64,000 nucleotides of DNA from positions 30,412 through 94,411 of the forward strand of contig JBDIWC010000009.1 of the NCBI GenBank assembly GCA_039794085.1. Direction: 5' to 3'. Positions 29,168-37,601 of this stretch are shown here, in pieces; position 1 is the first letter of the stretch; every line of letters starts with the position of its first letter. The DNA is from Gemmatimonadales bacterium. Lineage in GTDB: Bacteria > Gemmatimonadota > Gemmatimonadetes > Gemmatimonadales > GWC2-71-9. A program made the position numbers and the translations under genes. The notes beneath the pieces were generated by a model, which worked only from the letters and a program-made list of their open reading frames with translations, ran no database searches and was not told the origin of the DNA.

Positions 29168-31030
29168 TCAGGGGTTGTGGATGTGCACCTCGGTCTCACG
29201 CCGGAGGAGTTCCCCGTCCGGCCCCTCGACCGCCACGATCACGAGGTAGTCCCCCTCTTCCAGCCGTTCCACGTTGAGGGTACGGCGGACCCGGTGCAGC
29301 GCGCCCGAGGAGACCTCCGAGAACCCGAGGGTGAACCGCACATCATCGCCACCCACGAGTCCCACCAGCCCGCCCCTCTTCTTGACCACCTGAACCTCGC
29401 TGCGGAACGCATTCCCCGCGGGGATGCCATAGATCTCGAACGCCACTTCCATCGGTTCGAGGGGATGGAACCGGGCGCTGGGGCTGAACCAGACCGTGTC
29501 GGCACCGGCGTTCCAGTGGAGCCCCCAGCGCTTCGACCCCACGACGAGGTCGCTGAGCGCCGGCCGCGGATCTTCCAGGGACGGGGTCCGGAGGTCCGAG
29601 AACACGACGTGCATTCCATGCTCCACGTCCTCCTCGACCACCACCTCCGCTGTACGGACGGCGGAGAGCACCGGGATCGATTCGACCCCCTGGACGAACC
29701 GTCCTCCCAGGGGCCGCGGGAGGCTCACCGCTCGCCGGACCACCTTCCGGCCCACGATCGTGCCGTCCTCACCGCGCAACAGAATCCGCACGGTGACGGG
29801 GAACCGTGTGAACCGGTCCTCCCCTTCCCTCCCCACTAGATCCTCCGCCTTCACCGCATAGGCCACGTGCGCCATGGTCACCCCATTGTCCACCCCGATC
29901 GCCACCACCTCGGCACGTCCGCCAGCCCGGTTCGGGAAGTTGAACGCGAAGGTCTCCGAGCCAAGCCCCCGCTCCACCCACTCCTCCCCCTGCTGAATGG
30001 CCCGGGCCCGGCGATGGAACTCATTCCCGGCCACACCCGTTTCCGAAATCAGGTGAACCTGCCCCGTGGCCACGGCACGGATCTCATCCAGCGCCGGGTA
30101 CCGGGCTCCTCCCCCATCGATCCGTCGCCGGGAACCGAGCTCGTTCCGCGTGGCCGGAAGGAGGCTGGGCATCGGGGCAAAGACCTCCAACCCATTCTGC
30201 AGCAGGCGGAAGTCCCGGTCTTTGGGACCACAGACCTGGCGCTCGAATCGGTTGGCCGAGCGGTAGGCGGCACAGGCACGGAAGAAGACCTGGAACGGCT
30301 GCTGGCCCTCGTACCACCAGGTTTCCACCGGGGGGAGGAACGGCCCGACATCCACGTCGGCGCTGCCCCGGAAACGAACCCGGTCAGCGGACTGCACCGG
30401 GGTGGATCCGGGGGTGCTCACCACCAGGTCGGTGGGGTTGATTCCAGTGGAGGGTTCCGCCTCCATCCGGGCATTCGCGGAGGCATAGCGCCTCGCCGGC
30501 GGACCGTGCCGTACGTAGATCAACCCTCGATCATCGAAGAGAGCGGGAGGCGTGCGGACCTTTTCCCAATGCTCGTAGGTGCGCTCCGCCTCGGGTCGCG
30601 GATACTGCGCAAGGGCATAGCTGATCCGCCGGTAGTGCTCCGCGGCGCGCTCCCCCGACCGGTGGAGGGGTGACTCGCGAATCTGCCAGAACCTGTGAAG
30701 GAAGGAGACCCGATCCTCGCCCTGCGAATTCCAGAAGATCCGCTCTTCATCCGGCGTCCAGATCGGGCTCAAATCCCGGGCATACTCGGAGAGCGAGACC
30801 GTATCGTTGAATACGGCCCCATGGTACCAGGGATCCATTCCCTCCAGGCGACCTTCCGCCAGGAGGTCCCGTGCAGCCCGGAGGTACACCAGGCCGGGCT
30901 GAGAACTCCGGGCCGCCGCCGCTCGGATGGCGGCGTAGAGACTGTCCACCCCCCCGCCCTGGGCCCAGGCTGCCGGAGCGGCGAGGCTCCCGGCGATCAG
31001 GGCGGCCACAACCGCGATACGGACTCGCAT
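29168..31030 (-). CDS. GWxTD domain-like exported protein
   Basis: Signal peptide MRVRIAVVAALIAG...AWA; FLHRFW, EHYRRI.YA, DDRGLIYVRHGPP and ETWWY motifs. Confidence 0.75.
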   Translation of the reverse strand: MRVRIAVVAALIAGSLAAPAAWAQGGGVDSLYAAIRAAAARSSQPGLVYLRAARDLLAEGRLEGMDPWYHGAVFNDTVSLSEYARDLSPIWTPDEERIFWNSQGEDRVSFLHRFWQIRESPLHRSGERAAEHYRRISYALAQYPRPEAERTYEHWEKVRTPPALFDDRGLIYVRHGPPARRYASANARMEAEPSTGINPTDLVVSTPGSTPVQSADRVRFRGSADVDVGPFLPPVETWWYEGQQPFQVFFRACAAYRSANRFERQVCGPKDRDFRLLQNGLEVFAPMPSLLPATRNELGSRRRIDGGGARYPALDEIRAVATGQVHLISETGVAGNEFHRRARAIQQGEEWVERGLGSETFAFNFPNRAGGRAEVVAIGVDNGVTMAHVAYAVKAEDLVGREGEDRFTRFPVTVRILLRGEDGTIVGRKVVRRAVSLPRPLGGRFVQGVESIPVLSAVRTAEVVVEEDVEHGMHVVFSDLRTPSLEDPRPALSDLVVGSKRWGLHWNAGADTVWFSPSARFHPLEPMEVAFEIYGIPAGNAFRSEVQVVKKRGGLVGLVGGDDVRFTLGFSEVSSGALHRVRRTLNVERLEEGDYLVIVAVEGPDGELLRRETEVHIHNP

Positions 31031-31163
31031 ATTCCACCTCCTGCCTAGGGTAGCTGATACGACCATCTCAATACTAGGACGAAACGGAGTGGCGCGCCAG
31101 ATCCAATTCCGGTTCTTCGGATGAGTGTGGGTCCCGTTGACACACCCCGAAGAGCCCAGTTTC

Positions 31164-31425
31164 AACCACGAAAGACACGAAAAGGCACGAAAATGGGCTC
31201 TTCAGGCTTTGGCATGGTCCATGTTCAGCCCGGAGCGCCTCCCCTCACCCTGGAGCCACTCTTTTCGTGTTCCTCTCGTGTCCGTTCGTGGTTTCATTCG
31301 ATCTGCGTCGTCGGTGTCATCTGCGGCCTTCTTCCGGAGGGGAGGTGGGGCGTTCCGGCGCTCAGGTTGGCGGTCTTGTGGCTTTTGTGCTTCTTGTGGT
31401 TGGCTTTCGGCGTGAAGGAGGTGCT
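31164..31425. repeat. Non-coding repeat element: periodic CACGAAA inverted arms around a ~65-bp core, plus a partial inverted copy
   Basis: Arms AACCACGAAAGACACGAAAAGGCACGAAAA (31164-31193) and TTTTCGTGTTCCTCTCGTGTCCGTTCGTGGTT (31262-31293). Core 31195-31258 recurs at 63699-63767. Confidence 0.7.
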
Positions 31426-31428
31426 ACT

Positions 31429-31446
31429 TTGTGAAATAATTCACAA
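31429..31446. promoter_or_regulatory. Rex-type operator (TTGTGAA-N4-TTCACAA)
   Basis: TTGTGAAATAATTCACAA is a perfect match, just upstream of TTGACG (31453-31458) and 62 bp before the aguB start. Confidence 0.6.
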
Positions 31447-31508
31447 ACTTGCTTGACGCGAGGGCCCCGGGCCGAAGCTCCCTGACCTCGGCCCGTTATC
31501 TTTCCGCC

Positions 31509-32408
31509 ATGACCGACACCCGCATCGTACACCTTGGCCTGGTCCAGATGCACTGCACCGCAGACCCCGAGGAGAACACGACACGCGCCCTCCGCGGCGT
31601 GCAGGAGGCCGCCGGGCGCGGAGCCCAGATCGTCTGCCTGCAGGAGCTCTACCGGAGCCCCTACTTCTGTCAGACGGAGCGGCATGAGCACTTCGGGCTG
31701 GCCCATCCGATTCCGGGACCGGAAACGGCCGCCCTCGCCACGGTCGCCGGGGACCTCGGCGTCGTCCTCGTGGCATCTCTCTTCGAGAAGCGGGCGGAGG
31801 GGCTCTACCACAACACGGCGGCCATCTTCGATGCCGACGGGAGTTACCTCGGCAAGTACCGGAAGATGCACATCCCGGACGATCCCCAGTATTACGAAAA
31901 GTTCTATTTCACCCCGGGGGATCTCGGTTTCCGGGTCTGGAACACGCGTTTCGGGCGCATCGGAGTGCTGATCTGCTGGGATCAGTGGTACCCCGAAGCG
32001 GCCCGCCTCACCGCCCTCGCCGGGGCGGAGATCCTCTTCTACCCCACCGCCATCGGCTGGCTTCCCGCGGAAAAGGCCGAGTATGGGGAACGCCAGCAGG
32101 AGGCGTGGACCACGATGCAGCGGAGCCATGCGATCGCCAACGGGGTCCATGTCGCGGCGGTGAACCGGGTGGGGTTCGAAGCCAACCCCGGTTCGGGCGA
32201 CGGCACCGGGATCGAGTTCTGGGGCGGGAGTTTCGTGGCCGACCCCGGTGGGCGGATTCTGCAGCGGGCGGGCACCGGGGACGAGGTGCTGGTCGTTCCC
32301 GTGGACCTCGCCGCGGTCGACGAGACCCGAACCCACTGGCCCTTCCTCCGGGACCGGCGCATCGATGCCTACGGCGACCTGACCCGCCGCTACATCGACC
32401 CGGGGTGA
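31509..32408 (+). CDS. aguB: N-carbamoylputrescine amidase (carbon-nitrogen hydrolase)
   Basis: CLQEL, YRKMHIPDDP.YYEKFYF.PGD, LICWDQWYPEAAR, YPTAIGW; adjacent to agmatine deiminase. Confidence 0.9.
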   Translation: MTDTRIVHLGLVQMHCTADPEENTTRALRGVQEAAGRGAQIVCLQELYRSPYFCQTERHEHFGLAHPIPGPETAALATVAGDLGVVLVASLFEKRAEGLYHNTAAIFDADGSYLGKYRKMHIPDDPQYYEKFYFTPGDLGFRVWNTRFGRIGVLICWDQWYPEAARLTALAGAEILFYPTAIGWLPAEKAEYGERQQEAWTTMQRSHAIANGVHVAAVNRVGFEANPGSGDGTGIEFWGGSFVADPGGRILQRAGTGDEVLVVPVDLAAVDETRTHWPFLRDRRIDAYGDLTRRYIDPG

Positions 32409-33520
32409 TGGTGACCACTCCGACCCGCGGAGGAACCCCGGAACCGGGCACGAACCCCGAGCCGTTCCCGCCCGGGAAGACCCCGGCGGAACTCGAGTTC
32501 CGGATGCCCGCCGAGTGGGAACCCCACCGTGGCACCTGGCTCAGCTGGCCCCACCGGGAGTCCTCCTGGCCCGGCCGCTTCGACCGCATTCCCCCCGTCA
32601 TCGCCGAGATGGTGCGCCACCTGGCGCCGGGCGAGGAGGTCCACATCAACGTGGCGGACGGAGGCATGGAGTCCGATGCGAGGCAGGTGCTGGAGCGCGC
32701 TGACGTCCCCGTCTCCAACGTTTTTTTTCACCATTTCCCCACCAACGACGCCTGGTGCCGGGACCACGGCCCGACCTTCCTCCAGCGACGACGCGGCGAG
32801 GACACCGACGAGCTGATCCTCAACTGGGGATACAACGCCTGGGGCGGAAAGTATCCCCCGTTCGACCTGGATGACGTCATCCCCGACCGGATCGCGGAGC
32901 ATCTCGGCATCCCGGTGGTCTATCCGGGGATTGTCATGGAGGGGGGAGCGTTCGACGTCAACGGCCGGGGCACACTCCTGACCACCGAGTCGTGCCTCCT
33001 CAACCCGAACCGGAATCCGGGCCTCACCCGGGAGGCCATCGAACGGATCCTCTCCGATCACCTCGGCGTGACCCGGATCCTCTGGCTGGGTGACGGGATC
33101 GAAGGGGACGACACAGATGGCCACGTGGACGACATCACCCGCTTCGTCGATCCCACCACCGTGGTGACGGTGCTCGAGGACAACCCCGAGGACCGGAACT
33201 ACGCGCCCCTCCTGGAAAACTACCTCCGGCTCCAGGCGATGACCGACCAGGATGGGACCCCTCTGCGGGTCGTGACCCTCCCGATGCCGGCGCCACTCTG
33301 GTACGAGGGACAGCGGGTTCCCGCGAGCTATGCCAACTTCTACATCGGCAACGAGGTCGTTCTCCTCCCCGCATACGACCCACCGACCACCCGGGCAGCC
33401 GAGGAGGTGCTCGCTCCCCTCTTTCCCGGCCGACGGATCGTCCCGATCGACTGCCACGACCTGATCTGGGGGCTCGGCGCGTTTCACTGTCTCACGCAAC
33501 AGGTGCCCGCGCTACCGTAG
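32408..33520 (+). CDS. aguA: Agmatine deiminase
   Basis: RMPAEWEPH, NDAWCRDHGP, MEGG, GDDTDGHVDD, ASYANFY, GAFHCLTQQ. Confidence 0.93.
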   Translation: MVTTPTRGGTPEPGTNPEPFPPGKTPAELEFRMPAEWEPHRGTWLSWPHRESSWPGRFDRIPPVIAEMVRHLAPGEEVHINVADGGMESDARQVLERADVPVSNVFFHHFPTNDAWCRDHGPTFLQRRRGEDTDELILNWGYNAWGGKYPPFDLDDVIPDRIAEHLGIPVVYPGIVMEGGAFDVNGRGTLLTTESCLLNPNRNPGLTREAIERILSDHLGVTRILWLGDGIEGDDTDGHVDDITRFVDPTTVVTVLEDNPEDRNYAPLLENYLRLQAMTDQDGTPLRVVTLPMPAPLWYEGQRVPASYANFYIGNEVVLLPAYDPPTTRAAEEVLAPLFPGRRIVPIDCHDLIWGLGAFHCLTQQVPALP

Positions 33521-33536
33521 AAACGTTAACAGCGGA

Positions 33537-33999
33537 GTCATCCCGAACACAGTACGTCATCCCGAACGCAGTGAGGGATCTGAGAAGGCGCCCGGAGTAC
33601 TTCCCGCCGTCGGGTCGATGGAGGACCGTTGCTCCACCACCATTTCCATCCGGACGACAGGAAGTGCACCTGCAGCCTCCTCAGATCCCTCGCTATGCTC
33701 GGGATGACTCCGGAGTACTTCCCACCGTCGGGGCTGTGAAGGGTCGTTGTTCCACCACCATCTCAACCCGGACGACGGGAAGTGCACCTGTCACTTCCTC
33801 AGATCCCTCGCTATGCTCGGGATGACTCCGGAGTACTTCCCGCCGTCGGGTCGATGGGGTGCCGTTGCTCCACCACCATCTCCATCCGGACGACAGGAAG
33901 TGCACCTGTCACCTCCTCAGATCCCTCGCTATGCTCGGGATGACTCCTCCTTCCTCCTCAGGTCCCTCGATACGCTCGGGATGACCCGGCGTACTTGCC
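33537..33999. repeat. Tandem 118-bp array (3 full units) containing GTCATCCCGA-type REP palindromes; BIME-like
   Basis: Units start at 33592, 33710 and 33828, each ending AGATCCCTCGCTATGCTCGGGATGAC. Inverted REP copy GTCATCCCGAACGCAGTGAGGGATCT at 33556-33581; degenerate copies near 33537 and 33960-33985. Confidence 0.9.
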
Positions 34000-35763
34000 C
34001 TACACAAACGTTGGAGGAACCATTCGATTCCAACCCGTCTCCTCCTGATAGTGATGCGCCACCGTGAGTGCCTCGGACTCCCCGAAGAGACGGCCGATGA
34101 ACGAGATGCTGACCGGCGTCCCATCCTCGCGATAGCCGTTCGGCACAACAACGGTGGGGTGGCCGGTCAGATTGGTCAGCATCAGCACGTTCCCCCCGAA
34201 GCTCGGGGTTACGAAGCAGTCCACCGACCGCATGGCCTCATTCAGTCGCACCATGGCCATGGTCCGTATCCTGTTGGCCTGGATGTAACTCACCGCAGGA
34301 ATCATCTGCGCTGACCGGAAGGTGTTGGGCCAGGCGTTCGGGGTCTGCTGGACCATCTCGTCGTCGCGGTTGGTGAGCACCAGGTCCTCGAAGGCCGCCC
34401 CCGCCTCGGCCGACAGGATGATCCGGAGCGCCCCGAGGGGAAGGTCCGAGGGGAGGGTGACGGGAACGAGGTCCACGCCGAGCTGCCGAAGCAGGTCGAG
34501 GGTCGCCTCGTCGTATTCCCGGGTGGGGCGGTCCTGCTCGAACGCGGCCTTGAGGTAGCCAACGCGAATCGTCGAGAGCGCCCGATTCCGATCCCAGACG
34601 AAGGGGCGGTCCACCGCCGTGAGGTCCTTCCCGTCGGCTCCGTGAATGGCATCGAGGACCAGCGCGCAATCCTCGGCGGAGCGGCAGATCGGACCGAGCT
34701 TGTCCATCGACCAGCTCAGGGCCATCGCGCCGGCGCGGCTCACCCGACCGAAGGTGGGACGGAGTCCGCTGGCGCCGCAGCGGGTCGAGGGGGAAACGAT
34801 CGATCCCAGCGTTTCACTTCCGATGCTGAACCCGACCAGCCCCGCGACGGTGGCGGAGGCCGGGCCGGCGGACGATCCACTCGACCCCTGGTCGGTTTTC
34901 CAGGGATTGCGGGTCATCCCCCCGAACCAGACATCTCCCTGGGCCATCTCCCCGAGCGACAACTTGGCCACCAGAACCGATCCCGCGGCATCGAGCCGCT
35001 CGGCGACAGTCCCCGTCTCCTTCAACATCTGGTTGCGATAGATCGGACTCCCCCAGGTGGTCGGGTAGCCCTCCACCGCCAGGAGGTCCTTGGCCCCCCA
35101 CGGCACCCCGTGCAACGGCCCCCGGTACCGGCCGGCGGCGATTTCCGCGTCGGCGGCCCGGGCCTGTCGCATCGCACGCTCTTCGGTGAGGGTGATGGTG
35201 CAGTGGAGCACCTCGTCGTATTGCCGGAGGCGCTTGAGGTAGAGCGAGGTCAGCTCCACGGAGGAGATCTGCCGGGTCCGGATCAGCTCGCCGAGCTCCC
35301 CGGCCTGAAGAAACGCCAGGTCCGATTCGGAGGGCGGGAGAGTGACTGCCGGCCGGCCGCGACCCGAGGGTGCCGGAGGAGGCTTGGGCGGTTCGAGTCC
35401 CGGAATCACCGGGGAAAACTGAGTGGCCGGCGGAATTCCATTGTCGAGCCGCACCGCCCGCATCTGGCCATACCCGGCGAGTGCCTGGTTGAGGTTACGG
35501 AGCATCATCTCCCGTTCGGCGGGGGTGAAGGAGACTCCTGCCACCCCCTCCGCCGCCGCCAGCATCTCCACGGTCACCTCCGCTTGTGCCGGGAGACCCT
35601 CCTCCGTGATCCCCACGCTGGACATCGGGTCACGCTCCGCCTCCAGGCGGGTCCAGAGCGCGGCGGGGAGCGCGGTGCCGCCGAGACCCACGGCACTGCA
35701 GATCACGAGGAAGTTGCGTCGGTCGACGGCGGAGGAGGTCTCGGAGGATACAGGTGTGCTCAT
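34000..35763 (-). CDS. Amidase-signature family amidase with Tat signal
   Basis: DRRNFL twin-arginine motif; GPLHGVPWGAKDL, GSSGSSAG, IGSETLGSIVSPS. Confidence 0.9.
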   Translation of the reverse strand: MSTPVSSETSSAVDRRNFLVICSAVGLGGTALPAALWTRLEAERDPMSSVGITEEGLPAQAEVTVEMLAAAEGVAGVSFTPAEREMMLRNLNQALAGYGQMRAVRLDNGIPPATQFSPVIPGLEPPKPPPAPSGRGRPAVTLPPSESDLAFLQAGELGELIRTRQISSVELTSLYLKRLRQYDEVLHCTITLTEERAMRQARAADAEIAAGRYRGPLHGVPWGAKDLLAVEGYPTTWGSPIYRNQMLKETGTVAERLDAAGSVLVAKLSLGEMAQGDVWFGGMTRNPWKTDQGSSGSSAGPASATVAGLVGFSIGSETLGSIVSPSTRCGASGLRPTFGRVSRAGAMALSWSMDKLGPICRSAEDCALVLDAIHGADGKDLTAVDRPFVWDRNRALSTIRVGYLKAAFEQDRPTREYDEATLDLLRQLGVDLVPVTLPSDLPLGALRIILSAEAGAAFEDLVLTNRDDEMVQQTPNAWPNTFRSAQMIPAVSYIQANRIRTMAMVRLNEAMRSVDCFVTPSFGGNVLMLTNLTGHPTVVVPNGYREDGTPVSISFIGRLFGESEALTVAHHYQEETGWNRMVPPTFV

Positions 35764-35864
35764 GCCACGCTCCAGGGAAGAGGTTCGGGGTGTTGCATCT
35801 TAATAAGAGGATCCTTTTTGTGGGGGGGTGGATGGGCCCCCCTCCTGCCGATGTCCAGTCAACC

Positions 35865-36025
35865 CTCTGTGTCCTCCGCGCCCTCAGCGGTTCAAACCGT
35901 CCGCTTCTTACTCCCTGCGTCCTGGCGCCTTTGCGTGGAGGCAGTTCCAGGAGCTTCGTGTCTTCGTGTCTTCGTGTGAGTCATGCGCATGCTCGACCAT
36001 GGACCCCGGCGTTCGCCGGGGTGAC
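35865..36025. repeat. Cluster of short periodic repeats plus one REP-like palindrome
   Basis: CTCTGTGTCCTCCGCGCCCTCAGCGGTT, CTGCGTCCTGGCGCCTTTGCGTG, CTTCGTGT x3, and TGGACCCCGGCGTTCGCCGGGGTGAC (36000-36025). Confidence 0.6.
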
Positions 36026-36090
36026 GTTCCGGTGACAGAATGGGCCCCGAGGGCCATTGATCAGAGATCCCCAAAATGCGAACTGCCCGT

Positions 36091-36134
36091 ACAAAAACAC
36101 CAAACCGGCCGGCACCCCGAGGGGCACCGGCCGG
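36091..36134 (-). terminator. Rho-independent terminator after susD-like gene 1
   Basis: Minus strand CCGGCCGGTGCCCC-TC-GGGGTGCCGGCCGG followed by TTTGGTGTTTTTG. Confidence 0.65.
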
Positions 36135-36158
36135 CCAGGTTCACGCACTCTTCGTGTC

Positions 36159-37598
36159 TCAGTTGCCCAGAGGCGAACAGGGCGTTCCGAGCCCCCGGTT
36201 GTCGCACTCACCCGCGGGCACCAGCATAAACGGATGCACCACGTCGCCGGGGCGATCGAGAGGCAACTGGTTCAGCCGGTTGTACTTCCGGTGATCCATC
36301 CACCGGCTCCCCTGCTCGAAGAGGAGGGAGAGGGTGCGGTTGTAGATGATCTCGGTGATGATGTCCGCGTCGGCGCTCGCCGCGGTCAGTGTGGTCGGCG
36401 GAAGGCCGCCGGCGTTCACCCGGATCAGGTTGATGTCATCGATGGCGCCCTGCTTGTCTCCGCTGCCGAGCCGGGCCTCCGCCCGGAGGAGGATGAGCTC
36501 CTCGTTCTTGATGAGCGGGATATCGGTGCCGAGGTTGGCCACCGACGTCGTGGGCGTGTTGTCGTTGTACATGATCGGCTTGATGTCACTCGACAACTCA
36601 TTGAGCACCCTGGGTTCCGCCACCTTCCGCGCCTTGGCGGTCCAGCGAAGGTCGTCGGAGCCGTCAGCGCGCAACTGCACCATCGCCTCGATCGAGGGAT
36701 GAATCCAGTACCGGGCCGCGGTCAGATTCTCGGAGATCGGATTGGTCGGTTCGCCGGAGGCACTACTGTAGGCGTAAAAGACGCCGTCGTTCAGCGAACC
36801 GGGGAGACCCGAGGTGGTGAGGAACGAGCTCCCCAGTGCGGTCAAGGCACTGGTGAAGCAGGGCCCGCCGCAGCCGAGGAGAGTAGCACGGGTGACTTCG
36901 ACCTTGGCCAGCAACGCACGGTTGAAGCGGAGGAAGGAGGCCGGGGTGTCGAAGCCGGTGTAGCCCGGCGCCATCGTGAAGGGGAAGCTCCCCCCGCCGG
37001 CCTGCAAGTCGGTCGCTGCCTCGTTCAAAAGGGACGCCACGAACGCGAAACCCTCTGATTCCGACACGAAGGGAGCCGGCTCGGCGTTGATGGGCCGGTC
37101 CACATCGATCGGGAAGCCGAGGGGACCGCTCCGGATGGCGATTCGGTAGAAGTGCCACGCCTGCAGGGTCTTGGCAAAACCGCGAGAGGCCGCCTGCTCG
37201 GCTGCACTCAGATCAGCGGCCTTCGGAATCGCGGCGAGGTAGGAATTGATGGTTCGAATCGCCTGATAATAGCCCCCGAACAGACCTCCGGCACGGCCCC
37301 CGGGATCCTGGGGACCCCGGATCTCCTCGCCAGTTTCCCGCGGATCGTTTCCGAGAAGGTTGTAGAGTTCGCGACCATAGAGTCCGAACTGCTGGATCTG
37401 GCCGCCGACGCTGGTGTTGACCTGGGAGAAGATCCCCGTCGCCGTCTGGGCCAGAATGGTCCGGTTCGGCGTTTCGGTGAGCTGCTCCTGGGTCGGCGAA
37501 TTCGTATTGGGAATCACGAACTGGTCGTCGAAGCACCCGGTGGTCAGGGCGATCGTGCCGGCCAGGCAGAGTCCCGTCAGTCGAAGAGGAATCTTCAT
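36159..37598 (-). CDS. RagB/SusD family outer membrane lipoprotein
   Basis: Lipobox LTTGC; PLIKNEELILLRAEA, LLFEQGSRW.D.R; directly follows a SusC-like gene. Confidence 0.9.
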   Translation of the reverse strand: MKIPLRLTGLCLAGTIALTTGCFDDQFVIPNTNSPTQEQLTETPNRTILAQTATGIFSQVNTSVGGQIQQFGLYGRELYNLLGNDPRETGEEIRGPQDPGGRAGGLFGGYYQAIRTINSYLAAIPKAADLSAAEQAASRGFAKTLQAWHFYRIAIRSGPLGFPIDVDRPINAEPAPFVSESEGFAFVASLLNEAATDLQAGGGSFPFTMAPGYTGFDTPASFLRFNRALLAKVEVTRATLLGCGGPCFTSALTALGSSFLTTSGLPGSLNDGVFYAYSSASGEPTNPISENLTAARYWIHPSIEAMVQLRADGSDDLRWTAKARKVAEPRVLNELSSDIKPIMYNDNTPTTSVANLGTDIPLIKNEELILLRAEARLGSGDKQGAIDDINLIRVNAGGLPPTTLTAASADADIITEIIYNRTLSLLFEQGSRWMDHRKYNRLNQLPLDRPGDVVHPFMLVPAGECDNRGLGTPCSPLGN

Positions 37599-37601
37599 GG
37601 A

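Noticed and set aside
33592..33945. CRISPR array
   Set aside because: The 118-bp period is too long, the would-be spacers are homologous to each other, and no cas genes are in the window.
33557..34151. Short ORFs within the tandem array
   Set aside because: The unit length is not a multiple of 3, so the frames shift between units; by-products of the repeat.
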